Of a stretch of 64,000 nucleotides of DNA, positions 36,803-50,700 are shown one piece after another. A program made the translations under genes and the position numbers. How positions within the stretch are numbered: the first letter of the stretch is position 1; the number at the start of each line of letters is the position of its first letter. Where the stretch lies: NCBI GenBank assembly GCA_028023455.1, contig JAQFVV010000006.1, forward strand, positions 15,252,001 through 15,316,000, written 5' to 3'. Source of the DNA: Epiperipatus broadwayi (Eukaryota > Animalia > Onychophora). The notes below the pieces were generated by a model that saw only the letters and a list, made by a program, of their open reading frames with translations, did no database searches and was not told where the DNA came from.

Positions 36803-39078
36803 CTTGTAATGACTTTTTTAGCACTTGTAACTGGTTCCTCCTCCTCTTCTTCTTCAAGAATGGCAAAATTTTCTGATTCAGTTTTTTTTAAGCGTGAAAG
36901 CATTTTCCTACCAGTTTTAGCACTAGGACTTTCTAAAGAAAGCCTCTTTATACTTCTAGTTTGCTTTGGAGATGTATTTTCACTACTTTCAGATAATCGC
37001 CTTGTCCGCTTTGCAATTGGCGATGAATTTTCTTCGGCAATTACAAACAAACTTTTTACACTACTATCTTCAATAATTGCAAAATTTTCTGATTCAGTTT
37101 CCTTTATGCCTGAAAGCAATTTCTTACCAATTTTAACATTAGGACTCTCTAAAGGAAGTCTCTTTATATTTCTAATTTGCTTTGGAGATGTATTATCACT
37201 ACTTTCAGATAATTGCCTTGTCCGCTTTGCAATTGGTGGTGAATTTTCTTCGGCAACCACAAACGAACTTTTAATACTATTAGCGAGAGATCTTAAACAT
37301 GGCTTACTTATAGGAGCATCACTTTCTTTGTCAGAAGTGAATCGGTTACTTCTCTTAAATGACTTTCTAGGTGATTCTTTATTGCTTTCTTTGTCTGAAT
37401 CAAACGGATTATCTCTCTTAAGCAACTTTCTAGGTGATTCTCTTTGTTGCGGGCTTAAAGCTCGATCAACCTCTTGTGGTAATGATTTACGAGATTGAAG
37501 CTTAATCGCTGACTTGGTACTCTTGTCTGCCAAAGAATTTAGATTAGTTTTACTTTCAGAGCGCCGTCTACTTAAATTTTTTATTTTTAATCTGGTTAAC
37601 ATAGGAGATATTTCACTAGGACCTTCTGGAGTGTTTAAGTCTAATTTAACTTTTTTAGAAGAGTTGTTTAGTTCATTGATTACGTTTTTTGATGAAATTG
37701 ATTGAATTTCTTCAGAAATTGCTTTAGAACTTTTTTCTGAAATATTATCAAGGTTGAAAGAAGTTTTTAATCCGTCATTGGAAACATTAAATGAGATTTC
37801 TTCATCAATAATTATTTCCTTCTCATTATTAAGAGTTGATTTTTCAGCAGTAGTTGGCATGATTAAATTATCATCATTAAATGATAGATCTTTATTATTA
37901 TTGAAATCTTCATAAATTGAGTATTGTTCAGGTTGACGTTCTTGCATCATTAATTCATGACTTTTCTTTTTCTCAATAAAAAGATTATCTGCAATAGGAG
38001 TGCTTATTCTATTCATCCCAGAAGAACAGGATTGTTCCACACTAGTAATATTTTCTGCTTCAGAGACAAAATTTAAAGTTGTGTTGTTTAAACTGCTTGA
38101 ATTCTGAGAACTTCTTTGTTTAAAATTTATAAAGCTTTTATCACTATCCTTATCGTGTGACAAATTCAAATCTTCATTGTCAGCTATCAAAACATCATGA
38201 GAACCTATTTTAGGACTTTGGCTCATCAATGAATTCAATTTTTTTATAGATTTAGAAGGAGAACATAGAGATGTATTAGACCTTTCTTTAATATTTGCAG
38301 GAGATATACTTTTAGATATATTTAATCTTAATGAATTATTGCTCATTTCAGTTGATGAGTTCAACTTTTTTATAGATTTAGAAAGAGAGCTTAACGATGA
38401 GTTAGATCTTTCCTTAATATATCCAGGTGATATCCTATTTTTAGATACATTTACTTCTTTGTTATAAGTTACATCTTGTAATGAATTATTGCCTATTTCA
38501 GCTATATCTTCATTTGAAATATCTTTAGCAGTTGACACCACATTTGCCTCTTCAATAGTTGTAATTTCATCAACAATTTCTATATCATTGTTTGAATTTC
38601 CCTTTTTATTATTTTCTTCAGCCATACTTCTTTTATTAGGAACTTTAACATTTTTATTAATGCTTTTGCTATCCCTAGAATCAGCATTTTGAAATTGACA
38701 CGAATCTGATTTATTAATATTGGTATAAGAATCTTGAGAAATTTGTGGAAAGTTATGAGTGCCTTTCATTGTTAATTCGAAATTAACAATTGATGTTGGG
38801 CTTCTATTGGATTGATTTTCAGATGTTTGATCTCCGCTTGATTTACTTTTATAAGAAAGTGGAGAAAGAATTGGACTAATAGGCTCTTGAGTAAAAGGAA
38901 TATGTTCACCAAAAAAATCTGTAGCAGGCGAATGTTTTTTATTAGTTGATGTGTTTATAACTATAGGATAATTTTTCAACTTTGATGGACTCTCAGGATA
39001 GAACCAATTATCAATATGGTTGAGTTGTTCAGTACTCCCAATGGACATTGATTCTTGAATGGTTTGGACCTCTTGTTT
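36803..39078 (-). CDS. 2276-bp exon encoding a ~758-aa Ser/Asn/Lys/Glu-rich, probably disordered region of an unidentified nuclear protein
   Basis: Uninterrupted ORF in AT-rich DNA (track 36799-39048, extending to KQEVQTIQES). Acceptor TTTTAAG at 39079-39080, donor AAG/GTAAAT at 36802. Many SP sites and basic clusters; no catalytic domain recognised. Confidence 0.88.
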
Positions 39079-41839
39079 CTTAAAATAAATAAATAAAAAA
39101 AAATTAATTAAAATTCAAACAGAAACCTAAATTAATACAGAAAACAACAACAAAACTAGATAATAAAAAAAACAAAACAAAACAAAATATTTATTAACTT
39201 AATATAATATATATTATATTAGCCATGATCCAAATAAGTGGTAACAATTTGGCATTAGAATATTGTTTTCATTCAATATTGTATGTTACTAAAATATAAA
39301 TAAAGTAAAAGTCTAAAATGTACAGCTCACATGCACATGCAAATCACCCAAGGGCAATCTGCGCGGGATCTACACATTCAAACGTCACATGATCTTTGTT
39401 TCTTTTTTTTATAGCCTGTTAAATCAGCTAGATACAGGAGATTCTATTATAGTTTATTTAACCTTATCGATTGCAAATAATGATAAATGATAAAATAATG
39501 AGACATTACAGTTTTATGTATATACATCATTACAACATAAACAATAACCTAATTAACAGCAATTCACAGGCAACATCGATCTATTAGTTCTTTCACTCAG
39601 GATTAAATTTAGAATAACAACATATTTTATTTAATTGCCTTATCAATTTTGAGTACAAATGAATAGGGGTAAAGATTTATTGGTTCTATTATTATATTTT
39701 TATGCACAGATAATATACAGTACAATATATTTTAATTATCCCTGGACAGATATTAATTTGCTGCACAGCATCATTACTAATTACTAATACAATTAGTCAG
39801 AATACAGTTTTAAGGCTTATTTAATTGAAAATTTGAGAGTATGCTAAAATTATAAACTATGATCAATCACTTCAGGCAATAATGCTGATAAATAACTAAA
39901 TATGAAGCCATAGAGCTTTGAAAGCACTAAGCTTTAAATAAATTTAGTAATATATATAACTTCTTTAAGAGCGTTATAAGCGCATAATTATTGATATTAA
40001 ATAATAACTAATAAAATGTAAGAGGCAGGAAAACGGCATTTGCGTTTCACTCATTTGTGAACAAATATATACAAAAATCAGAACATCTGATAAACGGCAG
40101 AAATGAGCATCTACCGCATACTACTGCTCAAAGTAAGGATGCTAAGTGGAGTGATCGGCAAACAAACGATATCACACAAAGAAAATATATATAAACAAAG
40201 CATCTAATATATAGTCGGTATGTCTGTCTATTGCATACTACTGCTCAAAATAAGTTAATGAATACAAGTGACTGGCCAACACAATTACATTCATTTATAA
40301 ATACAAAAACATATATTAACGAACATTGTATATATACAAAACAGCCAGATATAAAAGTATATTGGCTCAAGTAAATTTAAGACAATTATAGTTTCCCATG
40401 TTTGCTTATTCTCAAACCTGGAGTATACTTAGCTTAAAACTATAAGCTTTTAGAATTATTAAAAAGTCACAAACAGTTGAACTTAATTTATTACATCGAA
40501 CTAGGCAGCCTGTTTTATACTACCCAGAGGTCATTCAATTGTATTACATCCAGTAATGTTTCAATTACTATTTTTATAATTTCTATAATTAAGATAGTGG
40601 AAATGATGATCGTTATTAAATCTGGTTTTAGCATATGGCTAGGGTTTGCAATAATATGCTAATATTTTTCATTTTAGATTTAGACCAACTGAATTGTGGA
40701 ATGACTAATAAACAATAGCAATCTCTTGCCATACTAATTTATAAAATAATTTTAGTATAAATTAAATGTCAGAGATTAAATATATATTCAATATTCATAC
40801 ATATTACCCATTCATTACAAAGAGTTCAAGTTCTGAATAAAAGTATTGATAGACTTTTAGCGGACTCTGTTTGTATAAACATAACTATGTCTGGTGGTCT
40901 TCTGCGAAGCTTATTTAATGGCAGCATCAGACGTTTTTCTTGTTAATGGCTGGTTTCTCCCCAAAGCAATAGACACTGTTGAAGTTGAGGTGGCATATAG
41001 TTTGCATATAAATTGGGCACAATGCTTCTTAAGATGTTTCTACATTATTTGACAGCTTCTACTTCATACTTCTCAATGGACTTTCAGTTTGCACTCTGCC
41101 AGGTGGCAAAAGTAGAGCAAATGATGGTTTATCTATTCTTCCATATTTAAACACAAAAACCAATCACAGTGCAATAATCAATCAAAACACAGTCAAAGAA
41201 AAATCAAAGCGTAATAAGAACAATGAAGTATAATCGCTATTTATGGTCCCTTGAATTGTCTTTTCAGCAAAATCAGTTTCCATCATCGGACATTTCAATC
41301 CATTTATTTATAACTCTTAAACTTCATTACACTTCATGGCTTATTTGTTCAATTACAGCATTTATACAATTTTAGCTTCGAAAGGGATTATCAAAATAAC
41401 AGACGTTTTGATTAAATTACATCAGATATTTATCTCCTTAATTAGTTTATCTGGTTATGAGAATCTAATTGCATTTTATACAATAATGTCATTTCCACCC
41501 ATCTGATTACAAAACATCTTTAAAAATGTTAATAAAAAAAATATTTAATTTTAAATTATTTTTAAAATAAACTTAAAATTAATAATGCCATATACATTTA
41601 TCTGTGCACATACTTATATATATATATAATTTTTAATTAAAATTATTAAAAACTTTTAATTTAAAAATTCCTTTGAATTTTTCAACTTATATACATGAAG
41701 CATATATAAATATTGCTTCAATTATATATATATCTTTAAATTATACTTAGTTATTCATTTTATTTTTAAAAAATACTTATCTAAACATTCTGCAACAAAC
41801 TATAATTGTCAATATATATATATTAATTGCACTAATAAA

Positions 41840-43620
41840 AAGAGAAAATAGAAGTTCATTATTGCAAATAGTATTAGTCTTGTAAACAGAAAGCAATAAC
41901 ATCCCAAATTCATCCACCTTGTTCTCTTCATTGCCCAGATCTTCAATTCCACATATCTCTTCCCATGTTTTATATTATTCTGCAAAGTCAATCTTTTTCG
42001 TCCTTTCTTTTTAATAAATGTCCAATCCAATTTCTCTTTCTATCTTTAATTTCCTCAATCAATCTTCTTTTTTCATTCACTCTTTTCAAAACGTCTTCGT
42101 TTGTCATATTATTTATCTATCTGATTTTCTCCATGTTCACATCTCAAAAACTTTCAATCTGTTGCTAATTTTTTTTACTCGTCCTAGTTTCATAACCATG
42201 CAACAGTACACTTCAACATGTTTTTTTTAATTCTCTCTCCAAAGATCCATAAAGTATTTTTTCACTCTTTGTAAATGCCTCATTTGCCAATGCTATTCTT
42301 TTAACTTCATCTCCTTCCATCCTCATTCAACCAATTATCCAAATTCATTTACCTGCTGAACAAATATTATCATGGATTTAATTTACAACCTTTTTGTATT
42401 TGTTCCTATCCATAAACATTTGATTTTCTCAACACAATTTTCATTTCATATTCCACAATATATTCTCCAATTTATTCAACATATTCTGAAGACTTTATCC
42501 TCAGCTCTAAGAGCTATATCATCTGCAAATCTTATACATTTTATTATTCTATTCCTAACATTTGCTTCTCCACAGTCTAAATATTTATTTAGCATATCTT
42601 CTAAATAAATATTAAAAAAGTACACCAGATGACATACTGCATCCATGCCTAACTCATTTTTATATATTTATTTCATTAGTATTATTATTCTACAGTCTAT
42701 TTCTCATTCTTTGCCCACTATATATATCCCAAATCAATCTTCTCTTTTTTCAAAATACTCCTTTATTTTTTAAGATGGTTGTAAATTTATTCCAAATTAT
42801 TCTGACAAATGCTTTTTCCAAATCCACAAAATATATATAAATTTTTTTTTTTTTTCAAATATACACCACCAATACTTTTTCCTGTCTGAAAACCAAACTT
42901 CTCTAATATAATATTCTGCCTTACCATGAGTTCTTTGAATTAAAATACTCAATAAAACTTTAGAAACATGAGATAACAAATTGATTAACATGTATTCTTC
43001 TCATTTAACAGCCTTCTTTTTTTAGCAATTGGAATCATTATAATCCTTAAAAAATTGTCAGGCTAAACTCTATTACTATTTTATAAATTGGAAGATATAA
43101 CAGTAATTTCTCCAATTTCTTAACAAAAATTCTATAGATATTGTATAAAATCCGACAGCTTTACTATTTTTTTTATTTATTCAAGTGACTTGATTATTTC
43201 ATCCATCAATATGCCCATTTCTTTATCATCTATTTCACCATCTTTATTTGCAAGTTCATAATTAATTGAATTGTTTAGTTTTTCTAAATAGATACTGAAT
43301 ATATTTTTTCCAGTTCATTATATCACGGCTCTCAGTTAATCTTTTTCCATTTTTATCAATCATTTTATTCATTAACCTCCTCCCCTCCCCCAAGTGACAT
43401 TTCTAAATCTATTAAATAATAGATCATATTTGTTTACTTGTTGAAGAGTTATTGTTTTTACATTCTTGTTCCAAACATTTTTTTTTTGCTAAATCTGTTT
43501 CTCTCCTTAGTTCATTATTAATTTTTGTAAATAATCTTTGTCTTTCACCAGTATTGACATTCTTCTATTTTCTCTGTACTTCCATCTTTTTCAATATACC
43601 TTCTGAATCCAAAATCGTTT
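41840..43620 (-). mobile_element. Degenerate RTE-BovB-type LINE (RT region and 3' end)
   Basis: INLLSHVSKVLLSILIQR (42797-42991) and GRKRLT..YVELKIWAMKRTRW (41809-42030). Confidence 0.75.
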
Positions 43621-43819
43621 AACTTTCTTGAATCAAATCATTTCTATTTCATTTTTTGTTATTTTTAATGATCCTTCCTTAATCCTACACCAATGCTTAT
43701 CAGAATTATTCATATATTCCTCATTTTTATCAATTCTTTTTACTATATTTTCACATATTAAATCAAATCCTCTTTTCTGCATTTACCTCAATCTCATTTA
43801 CATATATTTTCTTCTTTTT

Positions 43820-46185
43820 AAATGCAATCGCAATTTAGTCTTAACCAAATTATGATGAGAGTTTTATACAAAAATTTTACCAAGATAATTACAACTTGTC
43901 TACAGAGAACATTGGATTTCCATCAACCAAGAGAACAATCTGGATTTAAAAGTGGTTTTAGTACAGTAGATCATATCCAGGTATTGAGAGAAGTTATAGA
44001 AATGACAAATGAATATGAGTTGCCATTATGATTAGGATTTGTAGATTATGAAAAGGCATATGATTCTATAAACATTTCTTCAGTGATTAAAACATTGGAT
44101 CATCAAGGTATAGATCCAGGATATTGTCATATTTTCAAGAATGTTTATAAAAATGCAACAGCAACAATTGGATTACATAATGATACTAGGAAAAGTCAAC
44201 ATTGAGAAGGGTGTAAGACAGGATGACTCCATATCTCCAAAACTTTTTACAGCAGTGCTGCAAGAAGTATTTTGTGGATTAAAATGGGAAGCTAAAGGGG
44301 AGAAAGTAAATGGAGATTACTTAAGTCATTTAGATATTGCAGATCATGTAGTTGTTTTTGCAAATAATGCATCAGAGCTGCAGGAAATGTTGCAGGAGTT
44401 ATCAGATGAAAGTAGGAAAGTAGGACTAAAGCTAAATGTTAAAAAGACAAAAGTAATGTTTAATGGATTTTCTCAAAATATGAAAATAAAGATTGATTAC
44501 GATGAGTTAGAAGTTAACAGCTATAAATACCTTGGTCTGATTATTAATATAGATGGAAACATAATGGATGAAATTAATCATAGAATTAAACTTGGTTGGA
44601 GTGCTTTTGGTAGAAATAATTCATGGATATATGTCTATGTGCTTGAAAAGGAAGGTTTTTAATTAATTTTTTTTCTCCAGTTCTTACTTATGGATTTGAG
44701 ACCTAAACACTTAATAGAAAAGCAATACAGAGACTTCAGACAACTCAAAGATGCATGTTGGGAGTAACAAGAAGAAATGGAAAATGCAATAAACCTGGGT
44801 CTCTTTTTATGCAGACTTATTTAACATGATTTTGAAGTTACGCGATTCATGTTTCACCGGAAGTCGAACTCCGATAATGCGCTATTATTTTAAATAATAA
44901 ATTTCGTGCACTTACGTTATATTGAAAGTAATAGCACATTATTGGAATTCGACTTTCATCTTAGTAATTTCAATATTTTCAGTGCTTTATAATAGTAAGA
45001 TTTTATGCAATAATGAAATTAAAATCATGATTTCCACATTTTATGTATACACACATTAAATTTTACAAGATTATAATGTAAATTTGTTCAAACATTGTGC
45101 GTGTTGTGTTAATTTTGCATTTTAAATCACATTCTGTTTTTGCTTTTTAAAAAAGAACGTAATCAATTATTAATCATTTAGTGTCCACAAGTTTATTTTT
45201 AAAAGGTGAGTAATAGCAGTGGGCACAATTAAAAATTAAAATCTGATTTTTAATTGTAATTAACAATTTAAAAATTACTTACGGCGACTTGAAATTAATG
45301 GGATGTGAAATTTGATTTTTAAACGGAATTGAAAATTAAAAAATTAAAGACAAAAATAAAAATTTAATTTTTAGTTGTTACTTTCATAAACAATTAATAA
45401 AATCATCATCTCAAAGATTAATTACTAATTATGTTGTCACCAAAAAACCATTGACACAACATGAGTGTGAAGTTGGCGCTAGTTGTATTTCCTCTTGTGA
45501 AAAATATTTGATTTTTTACCAGTTTGCAAACGAACGTGTTTTTCGGCAAATAGCGATAATAATTGAAACATGTATAAAAAATTGTAAATTAATGTACTGT
45601 AAAATTATGCATAAAAATATATTATTTTGAATAAAATTAAATATTATAGTTAAAAAAAGTTTGTCTTGTATCAATTTTTTTCAAATTTGAAATTTTTTAT
45701 TAATCATATTTTATTTCCTTATTTTTTTTGCGTGCGAATTTTAAAGTAATTTTATGTTGGTGCTTTGCTTTTACACTAATTTTGAAAAACCACAGACCGC
45801 ATCCCCCCTTTTTCAATGTAAGTTACGTCTATTTCTGCGCGATTTCGTTTGCGCGTGTTTTCTGAGGAACCTATCTATCGCGTAAAATGAGACCCAGGTG
45901 TATATGGTTAAGAGAAAACAAATGTTACTGACCTTGGAAAAAATTAAAAGACTGAAGTGGAGTTGGCTGGACATATTGCTAGAAGAGATGATAATAGATG
46001 GACAGTTAAAATATTAAAGTGGATTCCAACAAGAGATTGTAAAAGACCCAGAAAGAGACCATATGTGAGATGGATGGATGAAATAAAAGTGAGCGGAGTG
46101 ATGTGGAGAAGTTAAAAATCGAAGATGGACTGAACTTGGAGAGACCATCATCCTACAGTGGATTGATAATGGTTGATGATGAATA
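43820..46185 (+). mobile_element. RTE-clade LINE RT fragment and 3' end, split by a MITE
   Basis: LDFHQPREQSGFKSGFSTVDHI, KGVRQDDSISPKLF and LDIADHVVVF; resumes at 45903 (KWSWLDI..WIPTRDCKRP) and ends in a CCATCATCCTACAGTGG..GATGATGA tail. Confidence 0.88.
44792..45900. mobile_element. Tc1/mariner-type non-autonomous element (TA TSD), copy 1
   Basis: TIRs (A)ACCTGGGTCTCTTTTTA / TAAAATGAGACCCAGGTG with TA on both sides; colinear with copy 2. Confidence 0.88.
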
Positions 46186-48477
46186 ATTATGATTGTGAAA
46201 AACACAGGAGTACCAGTAAGCAAGCATGACAGCTATTTTAAAATACTGTCACATGGTTAGAGACATAAAGCTTGCCTTCAGAGAAATCTCTATGCATCAC
46301 AATGTCTCTATGCAGTCGAGGAAGAAGCTCGTGTTGTAGCTAGCCAAGGAAGGCAAAAGTAATTTGTACAATTCCATATATGAAGAAACAGCGATGAACA
46401 AAGGATAGTGAGACCCCTTTCTTAATATCACCTTCAGACGGATCTAAACTAGGACTAAGCTATAAATGTCTCATAGTAACAGCGCTATATTGGAAAGGAT
46501 GGTCAATATGAACATTTATTTTAAAAGAACTATATGCTTTTAATATAATTGGAATTCATTTGTTTTTGGTCATACATATAACATTTTAGTGATGGACAAC
46601 TCACAGGGAGCTTGTGTTTCACTTTAACTAATTTGTATAATTATAAATTAATAATCCTGCTGTATGATATTTATCACTATTTTATTTTATGTTTTTAATG
46701 AGTTTGCGTGAAGACTTAATTAGATAAGTTAAGAGTTCAGGAATGCAAATTGATAATATAAAATTAGAGTGACTTGTTATCGATTTAAAATTTTTTAACA
46801 GAAAGAAAGGGGAACTTTGAGAAAACCCAAAGAATGATTTCTCAATTTGAATTATATGTTTTCCAGGCCATCTCCGAGGTAGGAATGAAGTGCTTGGTTG
46901 AGTAACGACAGCTAAAACAATGATCCTGTAGCTATCCATCATTGGGGCGAGGGTCTCAGGAAGTATCTTGTGCCTCCATTTTCAATGCTTAAAAGGATGT
47001 GTGCGTATACCCTCGGTTGACATAATGCTATATAGAGAATTAGTTTGACCATCAAGAAAGAATGAGTAATAAAGTGAGAGAAAGGGAAAAGGAGGGTTTG
47101 GCACATACATATTTGTCAGATTTTGCTTTAAGACTTAATAAACATTTAAGATATGAGTAATACCATGTATTGTACTTTTTTTTTTCTTATATGATTAAAT
47201 TTAAGATAGTTGGATAGTAATTTATCTATATTATGGTTATTTTATTTATATATATAAAATGAAAATAGAGTTGTATTGGGTTTGGTAAAATGTTGCTGGG
47301 TGTGATATTATAATGGTACAATTAAGACCAGGTTTCACCAGGATGCGGGTAGTAACTCTTGTGGATTAGATTCTAGGCTCCAACGTGCGGTTATTTGATC
47401 TCACTGGGCCTGTCAATTTGTACCACTACAGAACTTTATATATTCATTTTCTTGTTTTTTAATAATTTTCCCTTATCATAACTGAATAATTGTTTCTATA
47501 CTATTTTTTATTTTATTTCTTTACGAGAATAATTTTATACATTGTTGTATTAAATTGCTTGATTTATATATACATTATACTTGAATACCAATTTGCAATA
47601 CATCTTGTATTAAATTTTTTTCTGAATACTGATGTTTTATCATCATTTACGCTGGGAATGAGATATCTAAAAAATGAATTGTTTCGGTAGTTTCTATTAT
47701 AATTTTTTTCCCCCCATAAAATGGTTATTTCTATCATTTTTGTTTTTCATTTATATTGAAGACTAGTATATAATCATCATTTTTATATAAATATGGGTTA
47801 TTTTTATGATTTTTAATATTTTTTCCCAGATTATTACTGAAATATTGCTCAAAATTTCGATTAAATACTTCTCCCATTTGCGTAATTCTGTCAGTGCAAA
47901 TATTATTATTATTTTTATCTTCAATGAATATGTTCATTGCTATATATACAAGTATAATATGTCATGCTTGCTAATTGTGTTTTTAAGTCATTTTTAAAAT
48001 TCTTTATTATTTATTAGAAATGATTCCTTACTTTTCACGTACTATATAAATGTCCAACCCCATTACTAATTTTTCACTCATTCTCTCTATAGATCCAAAA
48101 TCTAAAGAATTTTTATTTATAAAGTTACCATACTTAAAATATATGAAGCTTATTAATAAACAGAATTAAGTGATTTAATAAATTTTATTTTTCCTCTCCT
48201 GGAAAAAGTTTTTGACTCGTACCACAAAATTGCAGAGGATAGGATTAAATGAAAAGTTAATCCTTCTTTGAATGGATATGTTTTTAAATATCTTAATCCT
48301 ATAGCAACCAAAAGAATAATCTCATCAATAAGTGATTAAATTAGAATCAAATAAAATATTAGAGCAATGGTAATGAACACAGAGTATGCATATACTCTGG
48401 ATTGAAGGGTTTTCTATTATTAAACGGAGCTTATTTTAAGTATTAATATACAATGGTTAAAAAAACCTATTCATAAA

Positions 48478-48728
48478 AACAAACAAGTCCAAATAAATTA
48501 CTAAGATAATTCACAAGTTAAATCCCTGAAGAATCACTTACACAATCTTTTATATAATGCCTATTCCTTTTGTTAGATCAATGCCAATCTCCTTTGTAAG
48601 ATGATCTTTAATATGCCCCAACAGACTGATTTAACAAAAGATGGGCAGTATTTACAAGCTCATTTAAATGATTTTTTTAAAAACCTAATTTGCAAATTAT
48701 CATACAAATTTATTTGGACTTGTTTGTT
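48478..48728. repeat. Inverted repeat pair, possible small MITE relic
   Basis: AACAAACAAGTCCAAATAAATT (48478-48499) is the exact reverse complement of 48707-48728; looser matching extends on both sides. Confidence 0.5.
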
Positions 48729-49633
48729 CGGTGAATAAGTTTATATTCTTAGCATAAATATAATTGATAAGTCGCAAAATTATTTACGAGCTTATTAAAA
48801 TCATTAGAAGTCTAATGGAAATAAATTTTATACTATTGCTTTGTTTGTGTACACAATATATGAAGACTTAAAATTATACAAAAATAACACGGAAGATAAA
48901 AGAATTAAAGATAAATTATTTTCCAAAATAAGTAACAAAAATGGCAGTAAAATAAACAATTTTATATTAGGTTAAATCAATTAAAACATATTTCAATTTT
49001 AACAGTTACTATCCAAGTCATAACATTAAGACTTAAATTCAGCCAGACAACCAATGATAATAAAATGTTTTTACTGAAGCTGAAAATGATATAACCACAA
49101 GCACGACATAGTCTTAACATGGGAGTTTGTATGACAAATTGCTTCTGTAACTAAGAGACAGAGACAATGAAAGTTTCCATAATTTTTGCACTGTTTTACG
49201 ATAAAAACTTATTACTATCATGCATGCCATTCAACATCCTGTTATTAAAATATATATAAATACTAGAAGTCTATACATTCTCATAATCATAGTGTTTTGA
49301 TTACAACCAAGCTACATCAGAGGCAGACATTAATAAATTAATCTACAAAAAAATAAATCCATGATCCAAAAATCATAAAATGTGTCAATTTCTTACAAAA
49401 TATCCATTCCAAATTTTGTTTATAAAAATCAAAATGAATAGCAATACTAGTGTCAATATCTTGAAATACATTCTAAGAAATGAAAGAAACTTTTATAACA
49501 CAAATGATGGACAAGCTTCATGGATTACACTTCTAATAAGGGAAAAAATTCTTTATTTTCATAACTACAAATAAAAATAATTCAGTCAAATCAAGATTTT
49601 AGCGGATGTATTTTCCTGACCTCTTTGAATGTA

Positions 49634-50700
49634 CACCTGGGTCTCTTTTTACGCGGACTTATTTAACACGATTTTGAAGTTACGCGATTTATGTTTCACC
49701 GGAAGTCGAACTCCGATAATGCACTATTACTTTAAATAATAAATTTCGCGCACTTACGTTATATTGAAAGTAATAGTACATTATTGGAATTCGACTTTCA
49801 TCTTAGTAATTTCAATATTTTCAGTGCTTTATAATAGTAAGATTTTATGCAATAATGAAATTAAAATCATGATTTCCACATTTTATGTATACACATTAAA
49901 TTTTACTAGATTATAATGTAAATTTGTTCAAACATTGTGCGTGTTAATTTTGCATTTTAAATCACATTCTGTTTTTGCTTTTTAAAAAAGAATGTAATCA
50001 ATTATTAATCATTTAGTGTCTGCAAGTTTATTTTTAAAAGATGAGTAATAGCAGTGAAACGAAATTTGATTTTTAAATGGAATTGAAAATTAAAGACAAA
50101 AATAAGAATTTAATTTTTAGTTGTTAGTTTTAATTAAATTTTTCCCAGCAGTGGTGAATAAATGTCTTTTTATTATCATAAGTCTAAGTTCATAAACAAT
50201 TAATAAAATCATCGTCTCAAAGATTAATTACTAATTACGTTGTCAACAGAAAACCATTAACACAACATGAGAGTGAACTTGGTGCTAGTTATATTTCCTC
50301 GTGAGAATGTGATTTTTTACCAGTTTGCAAACGAATGTGTATTTCGGCAAATAGTGATAATAATTAAAACGTGTATAAAAAAATGTAAATTACTGTACTG
50401 TAAATTATGCATAAAAATATATTATTTTGAATAAAATTAAATATTATAGTTAAAAAAAGTTTGTCTTGTATCAATTTTTTTCAAATTTGAAATTTTTTAT
50501 TAGTCATATTTTATTTCCTTATTTTTTTTTTTTGCGCAAATTTTAAGTAATTTTACGTTGGTGCTTTGCTTTATGCGAATTTTGAAAAATCACAGACCGC
50601 ATCCCCCCCTTTTCAATGTAAGTTATGTCTATTTTTGCGCGATTTAGTTTGCATATGTTTTCTGAGGAACCTATCTATCGCGTAAAACGAGACCCAGGTG
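49634..50700. mobile_element. Tc1/mariner-type non-autonomous element (TA TSD), copy 2
   Basis: TA-CACCTGGGTCTCTTTTTACGCG ... CGCGTAAAACGAGACCCAGGTG-TA. Confidence 0.9.

Noticed and set aside
36809-38692. Plus-strand ORFs of 229, 63 and 67 aa
   Set aside because: Antisense shadows of the large minus-strand exon, expected from its codon usage.
40860-41400. Cys/His-rich coding-like patch suggestive of a piggyBac C-terminus
   Set aside because: Needs several frameshifts to resemble the motif; too weak to call.
46247-47597. Possible solo LTR (TG..CA with ATAC flanks)
   Set aside because: A 4-bp match in AT-rich DNA arises easily by chance, and there is no second copy to confirm boundaries.
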